DNA of 34,762 nucleotides from Trichomonas gallinae (taxonomy: Eukaryota): positions 1-34,762 of the forward strand of contig MRSU01011368.1 in NCBI GenBank assembly GCA_008369845.1, in the 5' to 3' direction. Positions 20,164-29,801 of this stretch are shown one piece after another. The translations under genes and the position numbers were made by a program. Each line of letters begins with the position of its first letter. The stretch's first letter is position 1. The notes below the pieces were generated by a model, which saw only the letters and a program-made list of their open reading frames with translations, made no database searches and was not told where the DNA came from.

Positions 20164-21144
20164 ATGGATTCAGATGAGATTGCGTTCCTCGAACAAAACG
20201 GAATTATCATCAATGATGTCATTGCCCAGGGAGGATTTGGAGTGATTTACTATGTCTATTCTACTAAGTATAAGACAAACTTCGCTCTTAAAAAGATTCC
20301 ACAAACAAGATTTGTCCAAGAGGAATTTGAGTGCCTTCAAAAGATTGATGAAAGTAATGTAGTCTCTTTATACCAGTTCTTGAAATTCAAAGACTCGATT
20401 TACATGTTGATGGAATATTGCCCTTACGACTTAGAGCGTCTCTTTAAGATCAGACCAAAGCTCAATGACCGTGATTTATACGACTACATAAAACAGATCG
20501 TTTTAGCAGTCAAGACTTGCCATGATCGCAGAATTGCACATTGCGACATCAAGCCATCAAACTTCATGGTTGATAAGTACGGTAGAGTCAAGCTCGGCGA
20601 CTTTGGCTTAGCCACATTTCTTGATGGAACAAATTGCAAAGTTTACAAGGGAACAAAGCTATTTATGGCACCAGAAATCTTCTGCAAGAAGACATACAAC
20701 CCTATAATAGCTGATATTTGGGCACTAGGCGTTTCTATTTATTTTATGGCAACTCACAATTATCCATTCTTCGGGAATGATAATGTTGAGTTATGCAAGA
20801 TGATTGTATCTGGCATTTATTCTGATGGATTCATCGAAGATAACCTTCTTAGACATCTTATTTCGAGATGTTTAGAGGTTAATCCAGAAAAGAGAGCTAC
20901 CATCGACGAACTGCTCGGCATGCCATATTTCAAACAATTTTCTATCGAAGAGAATGAAAAAGTCAATCTTACAAGAAGAGATTCTTATCAGCCTCATCAT
21001 GATTCTATCATTAGACCTAAACTAACACTTAAGAAGAGATCGAGCCAAGGATCTTCTGCTTCCGTTTGCCAACATCTTTTATCATCGAAATTAATGGGCA
21101 TTCGCTCATTTGTAAGATCAAGCAAGTTGATCTACAACCTTTAA
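20164..21144 (+). CDS. Ser/Thr protein kinase (CAMK-like), paralog 2
   Basis: AQGGFG, FALKK, HCDIKPSN, LGDFG, GTKLFMAPE, DIWALG, NPEKRAT. First ATG is at 20164. Confidence 0.93.
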   Translation: MDSDEIAFLEQNGIIINDVIAQGGFGVIYYVYSTKYKTNFALKKIPQTRFVQEEFECLQKIDESNVVSLYQFLKFKDSIYMLMEYCPYDLERLFKIRPKLNDRDLYDYIKQIVLAVKTCHDRRIAHCDIKPSNFMVDKYGRVKLGDFGLATFLDGTNCKVYKGTKLFMAPEIFCKKTYNPIIADIWALGVSIYFMATHNYPFFGNDNVELCKMIVSGIYSDGFIEDNLLRHLISRCLEVNPEKRATIDELLGMPYFKQFSIEENEKVNLTRRDSYQPHHDSIIRPKLTLKKRSSQGSSASVCQHLLSSKLMGIRSFVRSSKLIYNL

Positions 21145-21723
21145 CAAGCTTTTATTGTATGTTTGTTAATATCATAAGTAAATTTATACCATGTTTATTT
21201 AATTAATAATTTTATTTAAACAATGAGAATGAAATATTATAACATTTTATATATACACATCTTAAAATGAGTATATATGAACTCTAAGCATCCATATGAA
21301 TCAATATTTTCCGGTAATCAATTAATCTACTGTAATATATTATACTCAATAAAATATGTATAGATTATTGCAATACTATGGAATTATCAAACGACAGCAT
21401 GTTTTATCAAGGTTGAAACCAACCCCAATGTGAAAAACATAACAAAAACATGGATAATCGATCTCATGTTTTAAAACACATCAAGCAACACCAAGGTGAA
21501 TCACATATACAGCAAATTATCGAAAGATAAATACAGGGATATCTTATTCGATTGCAAAACACAGATATAGCATTAATCGCACGTATCTATATATGAGTGT
21601 AATGATAATTCATTAAAATCTTATAGCAAACATTTCACTAAAATATTTTAGAAATAAAATCTGACAATCCGACAATTTACAATTTACAAAAAGGCAAAAA
21701 TATTTCAGTGGAAAATAATCGTT

Positions 21724-21850
21724 GGCCATTATTGGTGGTTCCGTTTGTTACGTGCTTCGTTGCTCGCAACTTGCAAAAGCCGACCTACACATGGTTGGGT
21801 AAAAGGGATCGTTGTCTCGTGGCAAAGGTCCCGAGAGCTCATCCAAAAAT
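21724..21850 (+). ncRNA. Candidate structured RNA (unidentified); alternatively a TE or pseudogene remnant
   Basis: Roughly 50% GC island in an AT-rich spacer, with three hairpins that rely on G-U pairs on the + strand (21724-21740, 21780-21798, 21805-21832). Confidence 0.3.
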
Positions 21851-22213
21851 TCTCATATTTTAATAGAGCGAAAAATATATTAGTAAGTAAGTTAATACAG
21901 CTGTCATTACATATGAGTTAAGATACTTCCATATTATATTTCAGATTACATTCTGATTTTGAGTTTTGAAAATTTAATTCAGTTTCAGCTGATCAAAAAC
22001 ATTTTTTGAATTTACATATTCGTTTTGATAATGAGTTCTTTCAAAATCTAAATTCGAATGAGTTAAACATTTTTTTATTAAGAATATGGCACACAAAAAT
22101 CTGTTAGAAGTATTGATGTGTTGTAATGTTAATATATAAATATCTTAATTTGCTAATTAATTTAATATAATAAAATAATAAACATTTATAAACAAATAAA
22201 AAACAAAAATAAA

Positions 22214-23584
22214 TCAAATATTATCATAATTAGCGAGGATATTTTTGACGGACTCATCAAGCTCCTTTGCCGTCATCTCGCGAACAGGATTATTATCTTC
22301 TTCGCTTTTCTTCGCCTGAATGACATCAATTGGCAGTGGGACTTTGAGCTGTGCAGTCCTAACCTTGGAATCGTGTATCTCCATCTGCTCGAGAATCCTG
22401 TTCTTCTCTCTGATCTCATCGAGCATGTATTTTGTCTCCATGACTTGATCCCTGAATTTCTTCGACATCGCGAGAGACCTGTCGAGTGCCTGGTGCAACT
22501 GCGCGAAGTCTGGGATCTTGATCATCTGCATCTGCAGCTTCTGCTCTGTGATAACGATCTGTTCGTTGAGATTTGCGATGTTTTGCTGAAGGACGGAAAC
22601 TTGTTTCTCGAGTTCTGCTGTTTTCTTTTCTTCTTTCTGCTGCTTTCTTTCAGCTTCAACACGTTCGATTGAAAAGTTGGAGTGAATTCTGCGGTTTTCA
22701 GCTTCTTCACCAAGGATTTGCTGAGTTTTTCTGTTATCACGATATGATCCAACTTGTAAAGTGAGATTTTGTAGCTCAGTCTTTGCTTTATCGAGTTCTG
22801 CTTGACATTGGTTATGTCTATGAGATTCATTTTGATATTCTTTCCTAAGTTTTTGTACTTTTTCTAATAATTGCTGATAATCTTGTCTTTGTGACTCTTC
22901 GTATGCTTGTTTATCTTGTTCACGCATTGTTAATGTCTTAAATTCCTCTTCTCTTGTCTGTAAATCTTGTTGCGCTTCGAATAACTGTTGTTGAACTTGA
23001 TTGTATTGATTCTGAACGAGTAGAATGGAGCTTTTGTCGTGTTCTTGATGTCTATCGAGAGACGCACATCTCATTAGAATTGTACGATGAAATATTGTTT
23101 TTTCACCTTCAATAAATTTGATAATATTTTGTTTGTGTGTTTTCTCTTCCAAATCAGCAGTAAGTCCTTCATTTTGCTCTTGATTGTTCTTTTTAGCTTT
23201 TTCTAGTTCTTGTTCCAGTGGAAATAGATTTTTACGCATTTCAATTTCGAATTTGGCGCTCAAATTCTGGTGCTTAGATATTAAACCGTTAATTCCGTTG
23301 CGTAGTATTGTTATTCCATTCACAGGATTCTTTAATAATTTTTGCAAATCTTCGTTTGGATCGTAAAACTGATATTGGCCGAGTTTTTGAAAGTCTTCGA
23401 TCAATCCTGTAAGAAAATCGCGTATTTCATCTACTTTTGATGCTTCACGTTCGAGAATATCTATTTGACCTTTTTTCTCCATAACTTCCCTTCGCAATCG
23501 ATCTAATTCAGTTCTGGTTGAATCATCACGAGTGTTAAGAAGATAACTTGCCGATGACCCTGCAGAAACAGAAAGTTTATTCAT
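22214..23584 (-). CDS. Coiled-coil protein of unknown function (456 aa)
   Basis: Long E/Q/K/L-rich heptad-like ORF. Two TCATT Inr-like motifs lie within ~30 nt upstream of the ATG on the minus strand. Confidence 0.85.
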   Translation of the reverse strand: MNKLSVSAGSSASYLLNTRDDSTRTELDRLRREVMEKKGQIDILEREASKVDEIRDFLTGLIEDFQKLGQYQFYDPNEDLQKLLKNPVNGITILRNGINGLISKHQNLSAKFEIEMRKNLFPLEQELEKAKKNNQEQNEGLTADLEEKTHKQNIIKFIEGEKTIFHRTILMRCASLDRHQEHDKSSILLVQNQYNQVQQQLFEAQQDLQTREEEFKTLTMREQDKQAYEESQRQDYQQLLEKVQKLRKEYQNESHRHNQCQAELDKAKTELQNLTLQVGSYRDNRKTQQILGEEAENRRIHSNFSIERVEAERKQQKEEKKTAELEKQVSVLQQNIANLNEQIVITEQKLQMQMIKIPDFAQLHQALDRSLAMSKKFRDQVMETKYMLDEIREKNRILEQMEIHDSKVRTAQLKVPLPIDVIQAKKSEEDNNPVREMTAKELDESVKNILANYDNI

Positions 23585-24361
23585 CTAAAATTTAATGAAA
23601 ATCAAAGAATGAAAAAAATAAAAAACGTGTTAATAATTTGACACATTAAACATTTACACGACAAATTTATTTATATTCACATTATTGGATAGAAACAGTA
23701 GAAAAATAGTTGATAATAATACATCGTTGCCAAAGCTGATTGTTCATTTTATTGATAATGAATCATTTTTGACATATAAAGAAATTTACATAACAAATTA
23801 TTTATAGCTCCAGAAAACATCAAAATAATTTAGTAAAGCATAGTATTGTATAGAGGAGTAGAAACCAGGTTTTTTTAGTTTTTTTGCTCCAAACTTTGTC
23901 TATATACTATATGTACATACACCATATTATATATCAAGTTGAGATACGCGAAAACTCGTCATACTTCAGAATCATAAAAATTTATTAAATTTTTTCATTG
24001 CGATTTCTTCATCAAAAAACATGTTATTTGGGATTCTAGATCGACAGATTGATTCTATTTTATACATAGCTGCTAATATATACAAGAAACTATAACTTTA
24101 GTGAAAAATTTATCGAGATAAAATTATCAATCAGAGACATTATTATTGTATAGAGAATATGAACATTATAGAAATAGGTAGTGTTAATACTTGGTTACCA
24201 AAGCTTATATATCATGTTTTTGAAATTGAGGGATTTTTGACATGTAATTTCGAATTTGACATGTAAATACATTTAATGTATAGCACGAATATTTTAGCGA
24301 AAATCATCATTTTAGGATGCATTAGGTAATAATAAAACTTCTAATGAGTTCATTATTTTTG

Positions 24362-27016
24362 ATGGAAAATATTGATGTCGACATTGATTCTTGTGAGTCA
24401 GAATTGTATGCTATTTCCACCGAAAATGATGCACTCAAGAGAAATGTCGAACATTTGACCTCTCAAATCAAAAAGATTCAAAATGATAATAACGTTAGTA
24501 CAAATTTACAACATGACAACATCATCCTTAAACAAACTCTTGATGATGTTCAAAATAAATGCAACGAATTGTCAACAAGATTAAACATTGCTTTGAAACA
24601 AATGGAAGACAGAAAAATAGTCGAAAAGAATGCATGTTCAGAGTGTAAAATCAACAACATTTCGTACAGGAAAGAAGTTGATGCTTTAAGAGCTCAAATT
24701 AGTCAATACGAAGATCAACGAATCGAATATAAAGAAAGAATTTCAAATTTAAACATGAAATACCAGAGTTTACAATCTAACCTTAATGCTATTTACAATT
24801 CTGCAACCACTTACTTCGGAGAAGAAATTAATTCATTAGCATTTTTATTAACTTGTTTTGAAAAGCCAATACGCAAATATGAAGATAATAGTGAGTATAT
24901 CAAGACGATTTATAAACAAGAAAGCAAAATAGACAAATTAAAACAAGTTATTGAAAATTTAGAGAAAAAAGTCCAACGACAACCAATAATTTCACACATA
25001 GATTATAACAAAGATTTAATCGAAGAATACAGAACAACTATTGATAAACTCAAAGAAAAGATTCAACAGCTTCAAATTAAAATTCGAGCCTTAGAAATGA
25101 ATCCAAGCGATCAGAATGAGAATGAAAGGATCACATATATCCAGAAAATCTCATCTTTGTCAACAGAAATCAAAAGTTTGAAAGAAGAAAACTGTGATTT
25201 AACGAAAAAACTTGAAAATCTTGAAAAATCAAACTTAAATGAAAGCTCAGCATTATTAAAACTCCAGTTAGACTTGGAATCTAAAGACAGAGAGATTAAA
25301 GCATTAAATGAGGCAAAGCATCAACTAATGGAAGAAAATTTCGGATTATCAAAATATAAGAAACGTAATGAGAAGAAGAAACTCAAAAACAACAAAATAA
25401 TTTCGAAAATGGCTGTAGAAATCTCAGAATTGCAGAAGAAAATCCAAAGCGGAACCAAATCAAATTTAGATTTGCAGAAAGAAATCGATATTATGAAAAA
25501 TGACGCAAAAGATCGCATCAATGAGCGTGATAGTGCCATAGAAAAACTCAAACACATAGAAATAGAGAACCAAAACTTGAAAGAAATCAACCAAAAGATG
25601 AAGGAAAAATGCGAAAATCTTTATCAAGAAAACGAAGCAACAAAGAAAGAACTAGACGAGAAACGCTTGCAGATGAATTTAGTGCCTTACTCTACATGGA
25701 GCTGCAATGAATTTCCCAATGAAATCATTGACGAAATAATAAGAATTTCATCAAATGATTCAGTGCAACTCACGCAAAAAATAAATTTAGCTTTATTCGC
25801 CATTGCCAGGAAATACAACGCAATTGTTGACGCAAAAACTGAAGCAGTCAAGAAACTCGAAAAGACATTAGAGGAAAGGAAGGCGAAAGAAGAAAACATG
25901 TGTACATTTTTCACAAGAAAATTCCCAACGATAAAATTTGATTTTCAGACGTTCTTTGAAAATGATTCCATCAAAGAAGCTCTTGCTGAAGAAATTAAGA
26001 GAAATATCGAAGATGCACAAATTATCAGAAATGATTTTGAAATTGTCAACGCTCAACTTTCAAAAATATGCGAATTCCTTGATGCTGAAAATGCTAATGA
26101 TGTAATTTCAAGAATTTCAAAGATTTTACAAAAAATTTCAGATTATAAAATTAAAATCCAAAATCAAGACCTAGAAATCCATGAATTGAACGACAATATC
26201 ATAAAATTACGTCAGAACTCTAAAAAATTAACAAATAAATATGATAAAATTATTTCGAAATTATCAAAGCAAAACGATTCTCTTCAAGCACAGCTAGAAG
26301 AAATCCAAGAAGCATTCGATAAACACAAGAATGAAACAACTCAACAAATCAAGAATTTAACTGAAATTAAGGATTCGAACGAAATCAAGATAAATGATTT
26401 GACGAATGAAAACTCGACATTAGTTGACGAAAATAAAAGCCTCCAGAGCCAGATAGAGTCGATGTCATCGAAGATAAGATCATTGAGAAAGAACGTATAC
26501 AATGTCAACGACGAAATAAACAGAATAAAGAATGAAACGAAGGAGATAATCAAAGAAAAAGAAGATGAATTGGAAACAATCAAGAATCAACTTTTAGCAC
26601 AAATGAAAGCTTTGACAGACGAATCCTCGAAGTCAATAAACGACCTAAAGAACGAAAACAACATATTAAAGGACAAACTACAGGAATGCAACGACAATTT
26701 AACTTCATCGTCATTCAAGGTCAAACATCTTGAAACTAAATATGATGCAGCTGTGCAGGAATATACAAGGTCAACAAAGACACTTGAGAATCATTACAAC
26801 CTCAAAATTAAAACACTCGAAGCGAGTTATAACACGAAACTTCGTGAGATCGAACAGAAGAGAAACTCAATGATCTCTGCAGCTTCATCTGCTTTGGCGC
26901 CTTTCCTTATTCCTGGCGAAATACTTGATGAATCTAATTTCGAATCAGCTCTCTTCAGAGTTCGCTCGAAACTTCAAACTACTACATCATCTCAAAACAT
27001 AACTCTTCAGCTCTAA
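24362..27016 (+). CDS. Long coiled-coil protein (~884 aa; K/E/N-rich, likely cytoskeletal)
   Basis: 890-aa ORF from 24344, almost wholly heptad-like. Inr-like TCATTA at 24350-24355 favours the second ATG (24362). Stop is TAA+A. Confidence 0.85.
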   Translation: MENIDVDIDSCESELYAISTENDALKRNVEHLTSQIKKIQNDNNVSTNLQHDNIILKQTLDDVQNKCNELSTRLNIALKQMEDRKIVEKNACSECKINNISYRKEVDALRAQISQYEDQRIEYKERISNLNMKYQSLQSNLNAIYNSATTYFGEEINSLAFLLTCFEKPIRKYEDNSEYIKTIYKQESKIDKLKQVIENLEKKVQRQPIISHIDYNKDLIEEYRTTIDKLKEKIQQLQIKIRALEMNPSDQNENERITYIQKISSLSTEIKSLKEENCDLTKKLENLEKSNLNESSALLKLQLDLESKDREIKALNEAKHQLMEENFGLSKYKKRNEKKKLKNNKIISKMAVEISELQKKIQSGTKSNLDLQKEIDIMKNDAKDRINERDSAIEKLKHIEIENQNLKEINQKMKEKCENLYQENEATKKELDEKRLQMNLVPYSTWSCNEFPNEIIDEIIRISSNDSVQLTQKINLALFAIARKYNAIVDAKTEAVKKLEKTLEERKAKEENMCTFFTRKFPTIKFDFQTFFENDSIKEALAEEIKRNIEDAQIIRNDFEIVNAQLSKICEFLDAENANDVISRISKILQKISDYKIKIQNQDLEIHELNDNIIKLRQNSKKLTNKYDKIISKLSKQNDSLQAQLEEIQEAFDKHKNETTQQIKNLTEIKDSNEIKINDLTNENSTLVDENKSLQSQIESMSSKIRSLRKNVYNVNDEINRIKNETKEIIKEKEDELETIKNQLLAQMKALTDESSKSINDLKNENNILKDKLQECNDNLTSSSFKVKHLETKYDAAVQEYTRSTKTLENHYNLKIKTLEASYNTKLREIEQKRNSMISAASSALAPFLIPGEILDESNFESALFRVRSKLQTTTSSQNITLQL

Positions 27017-27274
27017 ACATTTGTTATTTATTTTTTGATTAATAGAAATTGTATTTATAGTAATGATTCACCATTTTTATTAGGAAAAGCAATGTCTTTA
27101 TTATATCTGTGTTGATCGTGCATGATTTGATATTTCATGTTTTGCTAATTATAATATCATTTAGCTGGGCTCTTATATTTTACATATGGTATATGCACAA
27201 AATGATGTAATGATGAGATAAAAACTTATTCATGATAGAAAGCCACTCATTGAGTTCATGATTCTAAAAAAAAA

Positions 27275-27355
27275 GTTCTCAAGACATCCTTATTCGAGGT
27301 GAATAAATATGATAAAAATGACAAAACAGCTTTAATATTTGCTTCAGTAAATTAA
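27275..27355 (+). pseudogene. Decayed ankyrin-repeat fragment
   Basis: 27296-27355 translates EVNKYDKNDKTALIFASVN*, close to the ankyrin D/N-x-x-G-x-T-A-L-x-x-A pattern. SRHP lies just upstream in another frame. No ATG. Confidence 0.45.
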
Positions 27356-27360
27356 CATTT

Positions 27361-27385
27361 GTCACTTTTGTATCATGTCACTTTT
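27361..27385 (+). promoter_or_regulatory. Tandem Inr-like elements GTCACTTTT x2
   Basis: GTCACTTTT at 27361-27369 and 27377-27385, directly before ATG 27388. Confidence 0.6.
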
Positions 27386-27387
27386 AA

Positions 27388-28557
27388 ATGTCATCGAATT
27401 TTGCAGAAATTATTCTCGATAAAAACTTAACATTGTATGTTTTCATTCTTCCGATCAAACTGCCGACGATTAAGGTGACTATTGAAGACATAACAGTTGA
27501 AACTTTCAATAAAAATGATTCGCTTGTTCTTAAACAAATGAAATTCCCAGTAAAACGTTTAGAAACACGTGCATATGCAAGTGTTCCTTGCATTTTATTA
27601 ATTTATCTCGTTAAAAATCATACAACAAATGTTACACAGCTCGATATCAACATACAAGCGCAATCTAAAGCCCAATTTTGTATCCATGAGCTTACATCAC
27701 AGCCACATGATCTGAAAGAACTCAAGATTTGCATTTTCGAATTCGGAAATTTAGATCAATTTACTTTTCCTATTGTTTTAAACGCATACTCTGATGCATT
27801 GATCGAATTTCATCTCAAAGGTTCTGTTTATGTCGATCAAAGAAAGATAAACATATCAAAACACTTCGGACTTGAATCTGTTTTACCATTTTTCATTTCT
27901 TCAAAGGTAAAGCATATCTCAAAATTCGACTACATGCTCGAATTATCATGCACAAATCTTATGCCATTTGATTTACATGATATTTCATACACATTCACTG
28001 CATATGCAACATTACCGAAATATTTGCCCAAAGCGAAGTTTGCTGATTCTATTAAATCGCTTGTACAAACTAAAAGGATTATCCCTATTCAAGGCACGCC
28101 ATCTGGTCAGCCTCCGAAAAAATTTGGAAAAATTAAAATATTCTGGAAAATTGATGATACAAAAGAGTATTCAACAGAGATTCGCGAAGAACCATCTGTA
28201 GATGTCTTCCAAACGAAGCCAGATTATCTGATGATCTCTGTAAAATCTTGTCCGAAAGAAGTTTTCGTAAATACCCAGTTTGACTTTGAAATAGAAGTCA
28301 TAAACGTTTCCTCTGAAGATCTCACGTTTGTGGCTCATCCAGTCAACACAGAAGACGTCGGATCAATAAATACTGAAAGCGTTCATTATTCGGCTGAAAT
28401 TGGTAGTCCAATATCGATTAACTTCTCAGCTATTCCTGTTCGTGAAGGTTTGGTTAAACTTCCTCCAATTAAATTTGTAATGGATAATTCATCTTCATTT
28501 ACTTACAATGCTCCATCGGGAGTTTTAGTCAAGTCAACGTCCGTAACACATGTATAA
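27388..28557 (+). CDS. Beta-rich protein, possibly TRAPPC13/Trs65-like TRAPP subunit
   Basis: 389-aa ORF. FGKIKIFWK and the C-terminal Ig-like module (ISVKSCPKEVFVNTQFDFEIEVINVS...INFSAIPVREGLVKLPPIKF) recall TRAPPC13/TRAPPC14 C-termini. The ORF is solid; the family call is tentative. Confidence 0.55.
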   Translation: MSSNFAEIILDKNLTLYVFILPIKLPTIKVTIEDITVETFNKNDSLVLKQMKFPVKRLETRAYASVPCILLIYLVKNHTTNVTQLDINIQAQSKAQFCIHELTSQPHDLKELKICIFEFGNLDQFTFPIVLNAYSDALIEFHLKGSVYVDQRKINISKHFGLESVLPFFISSKVKHISKFDYMLELSCTNLMPFDLHDISYTFTAYATLPKYLPKAKFADSIKSLVQTKRIIPIQGTPSGQPPKKFGKIKIFWKIDDTKEYSTEIREEPSVDVFQTKPDYLMISVKSCPKEVFVNTQFDFEIEVINVSSEDLTFVAHPVNTEDVGSINTESVHYSAEIGSPISINFSAIPVREGLVKLPPIKFVMDNSSSFTYNAPSGVLVKSTSVTHV

Positions 28558-29801
28558 AATATTTGTAAAGTAACTCCTTATGTTTAAATTATCCTGCTTC
28601 ATTATCATTAAATTAGCCGCAAAAATCATGTGATAAATAATGTCTGTAATAGTATAGTTTATGTTATTATTTACGATAGCAAAGGAAAAAAAAAAAAGAA
28701 TTTTAATATTATTACTACTCTATTGCTTATTTCATATTGTATCCTACTTGTTATGAACTGAGCTTTATGAAAAGACGCAACTTTGGAGGATAAAATCGAG
28801 TCTGGAAGTCCCAAGAGTTTTAATTAAATCGATTCTACATCAAAATTAGGTTGTTGTATTGAAATAATATCTAATGGCATGATCAAATTTGTCAGAATTT
28901 TACTTTTGCGATATAAAGAAATTAATCTGATTCAAATTAGATGGGTCATTTACCATTCGATACTATATGTATTAAAAAGCTGTTTATACAATGTCCAACA
29001 TTTTGAGAGCAAGTCAAAACAATTTGAAATTATTTTGATATGTAAAACTACTATAGACACAGCTGTAAACAGTTCTTAAGGACTCATACAGTCTGTTTTT
29101 TGATGCATTTTAACTATATTTATGTTGAACAGATATAATATTTCCTTATGGAAAAAAATTGTAGATTTCCTTGTCAAACTCTGCCAATCAGTAAGGAACA
29201 ACGAGTATAATTGGCGGCTTATATCTATTACCTGTAAAAATAATACAAAATTCTGAAGTGTGATACAAAAAGTGACATAGTTTTTCTGAGAATTTTTTTC
29301 GATGACTTATATAGAAATTCCAGAATGAATTGAAGTCAAATTATATGAATCTGCAAAGCTCTTAAATAACTTTATCGATATGTACATTTTCGAAGATGAT
29401 AACAAGATTCCCTAAAATTATGATTATTTTTAAATACACAATTTGACTTCGAATAGTATTCGATTATTTCATCATTATCGCATTATTACTATATAAATAT
29501 TCCAAATGAGGATATATTGATAATATAATGCTTCTTTCGCAATTTATTTCAATCCGACTGAACTACATCAATAATATCATCCGATTTCGTAATATTAGAT
29601 TGATTACAATTATATGTCAATGATTTAATTATCTTTTTCCAATATAATTTTATTAATCGAAAAATATCGAACAAAATATAGTATTATGCGATTACATTTT
29701 TGGATTCATGATCAAATCAAATCATTACGACACATTAATTGTCAAATTTAATTTTAAAATTTTATGACTTTTGAAATTAATTCACATCTTACGACCAAAC
29801 T

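Noticed and set aside
21799..21851. Minus-strand U5-like loop (CCCTTTTAC) and Sm-like site (AATTTTTGG)
   Set aside because: The Sm-like site lies 5' of the loop (wrong order for U5), no closing stem flanks the loop, and the G-U pairs favour the + strand.
21881..21893. Minus-strand ACTTAC resembling the U1 snRNA 5' end
   Set aside because: Part of a short TAAG repeat, with no U1 stem-loops or U1-70K loop downstream.
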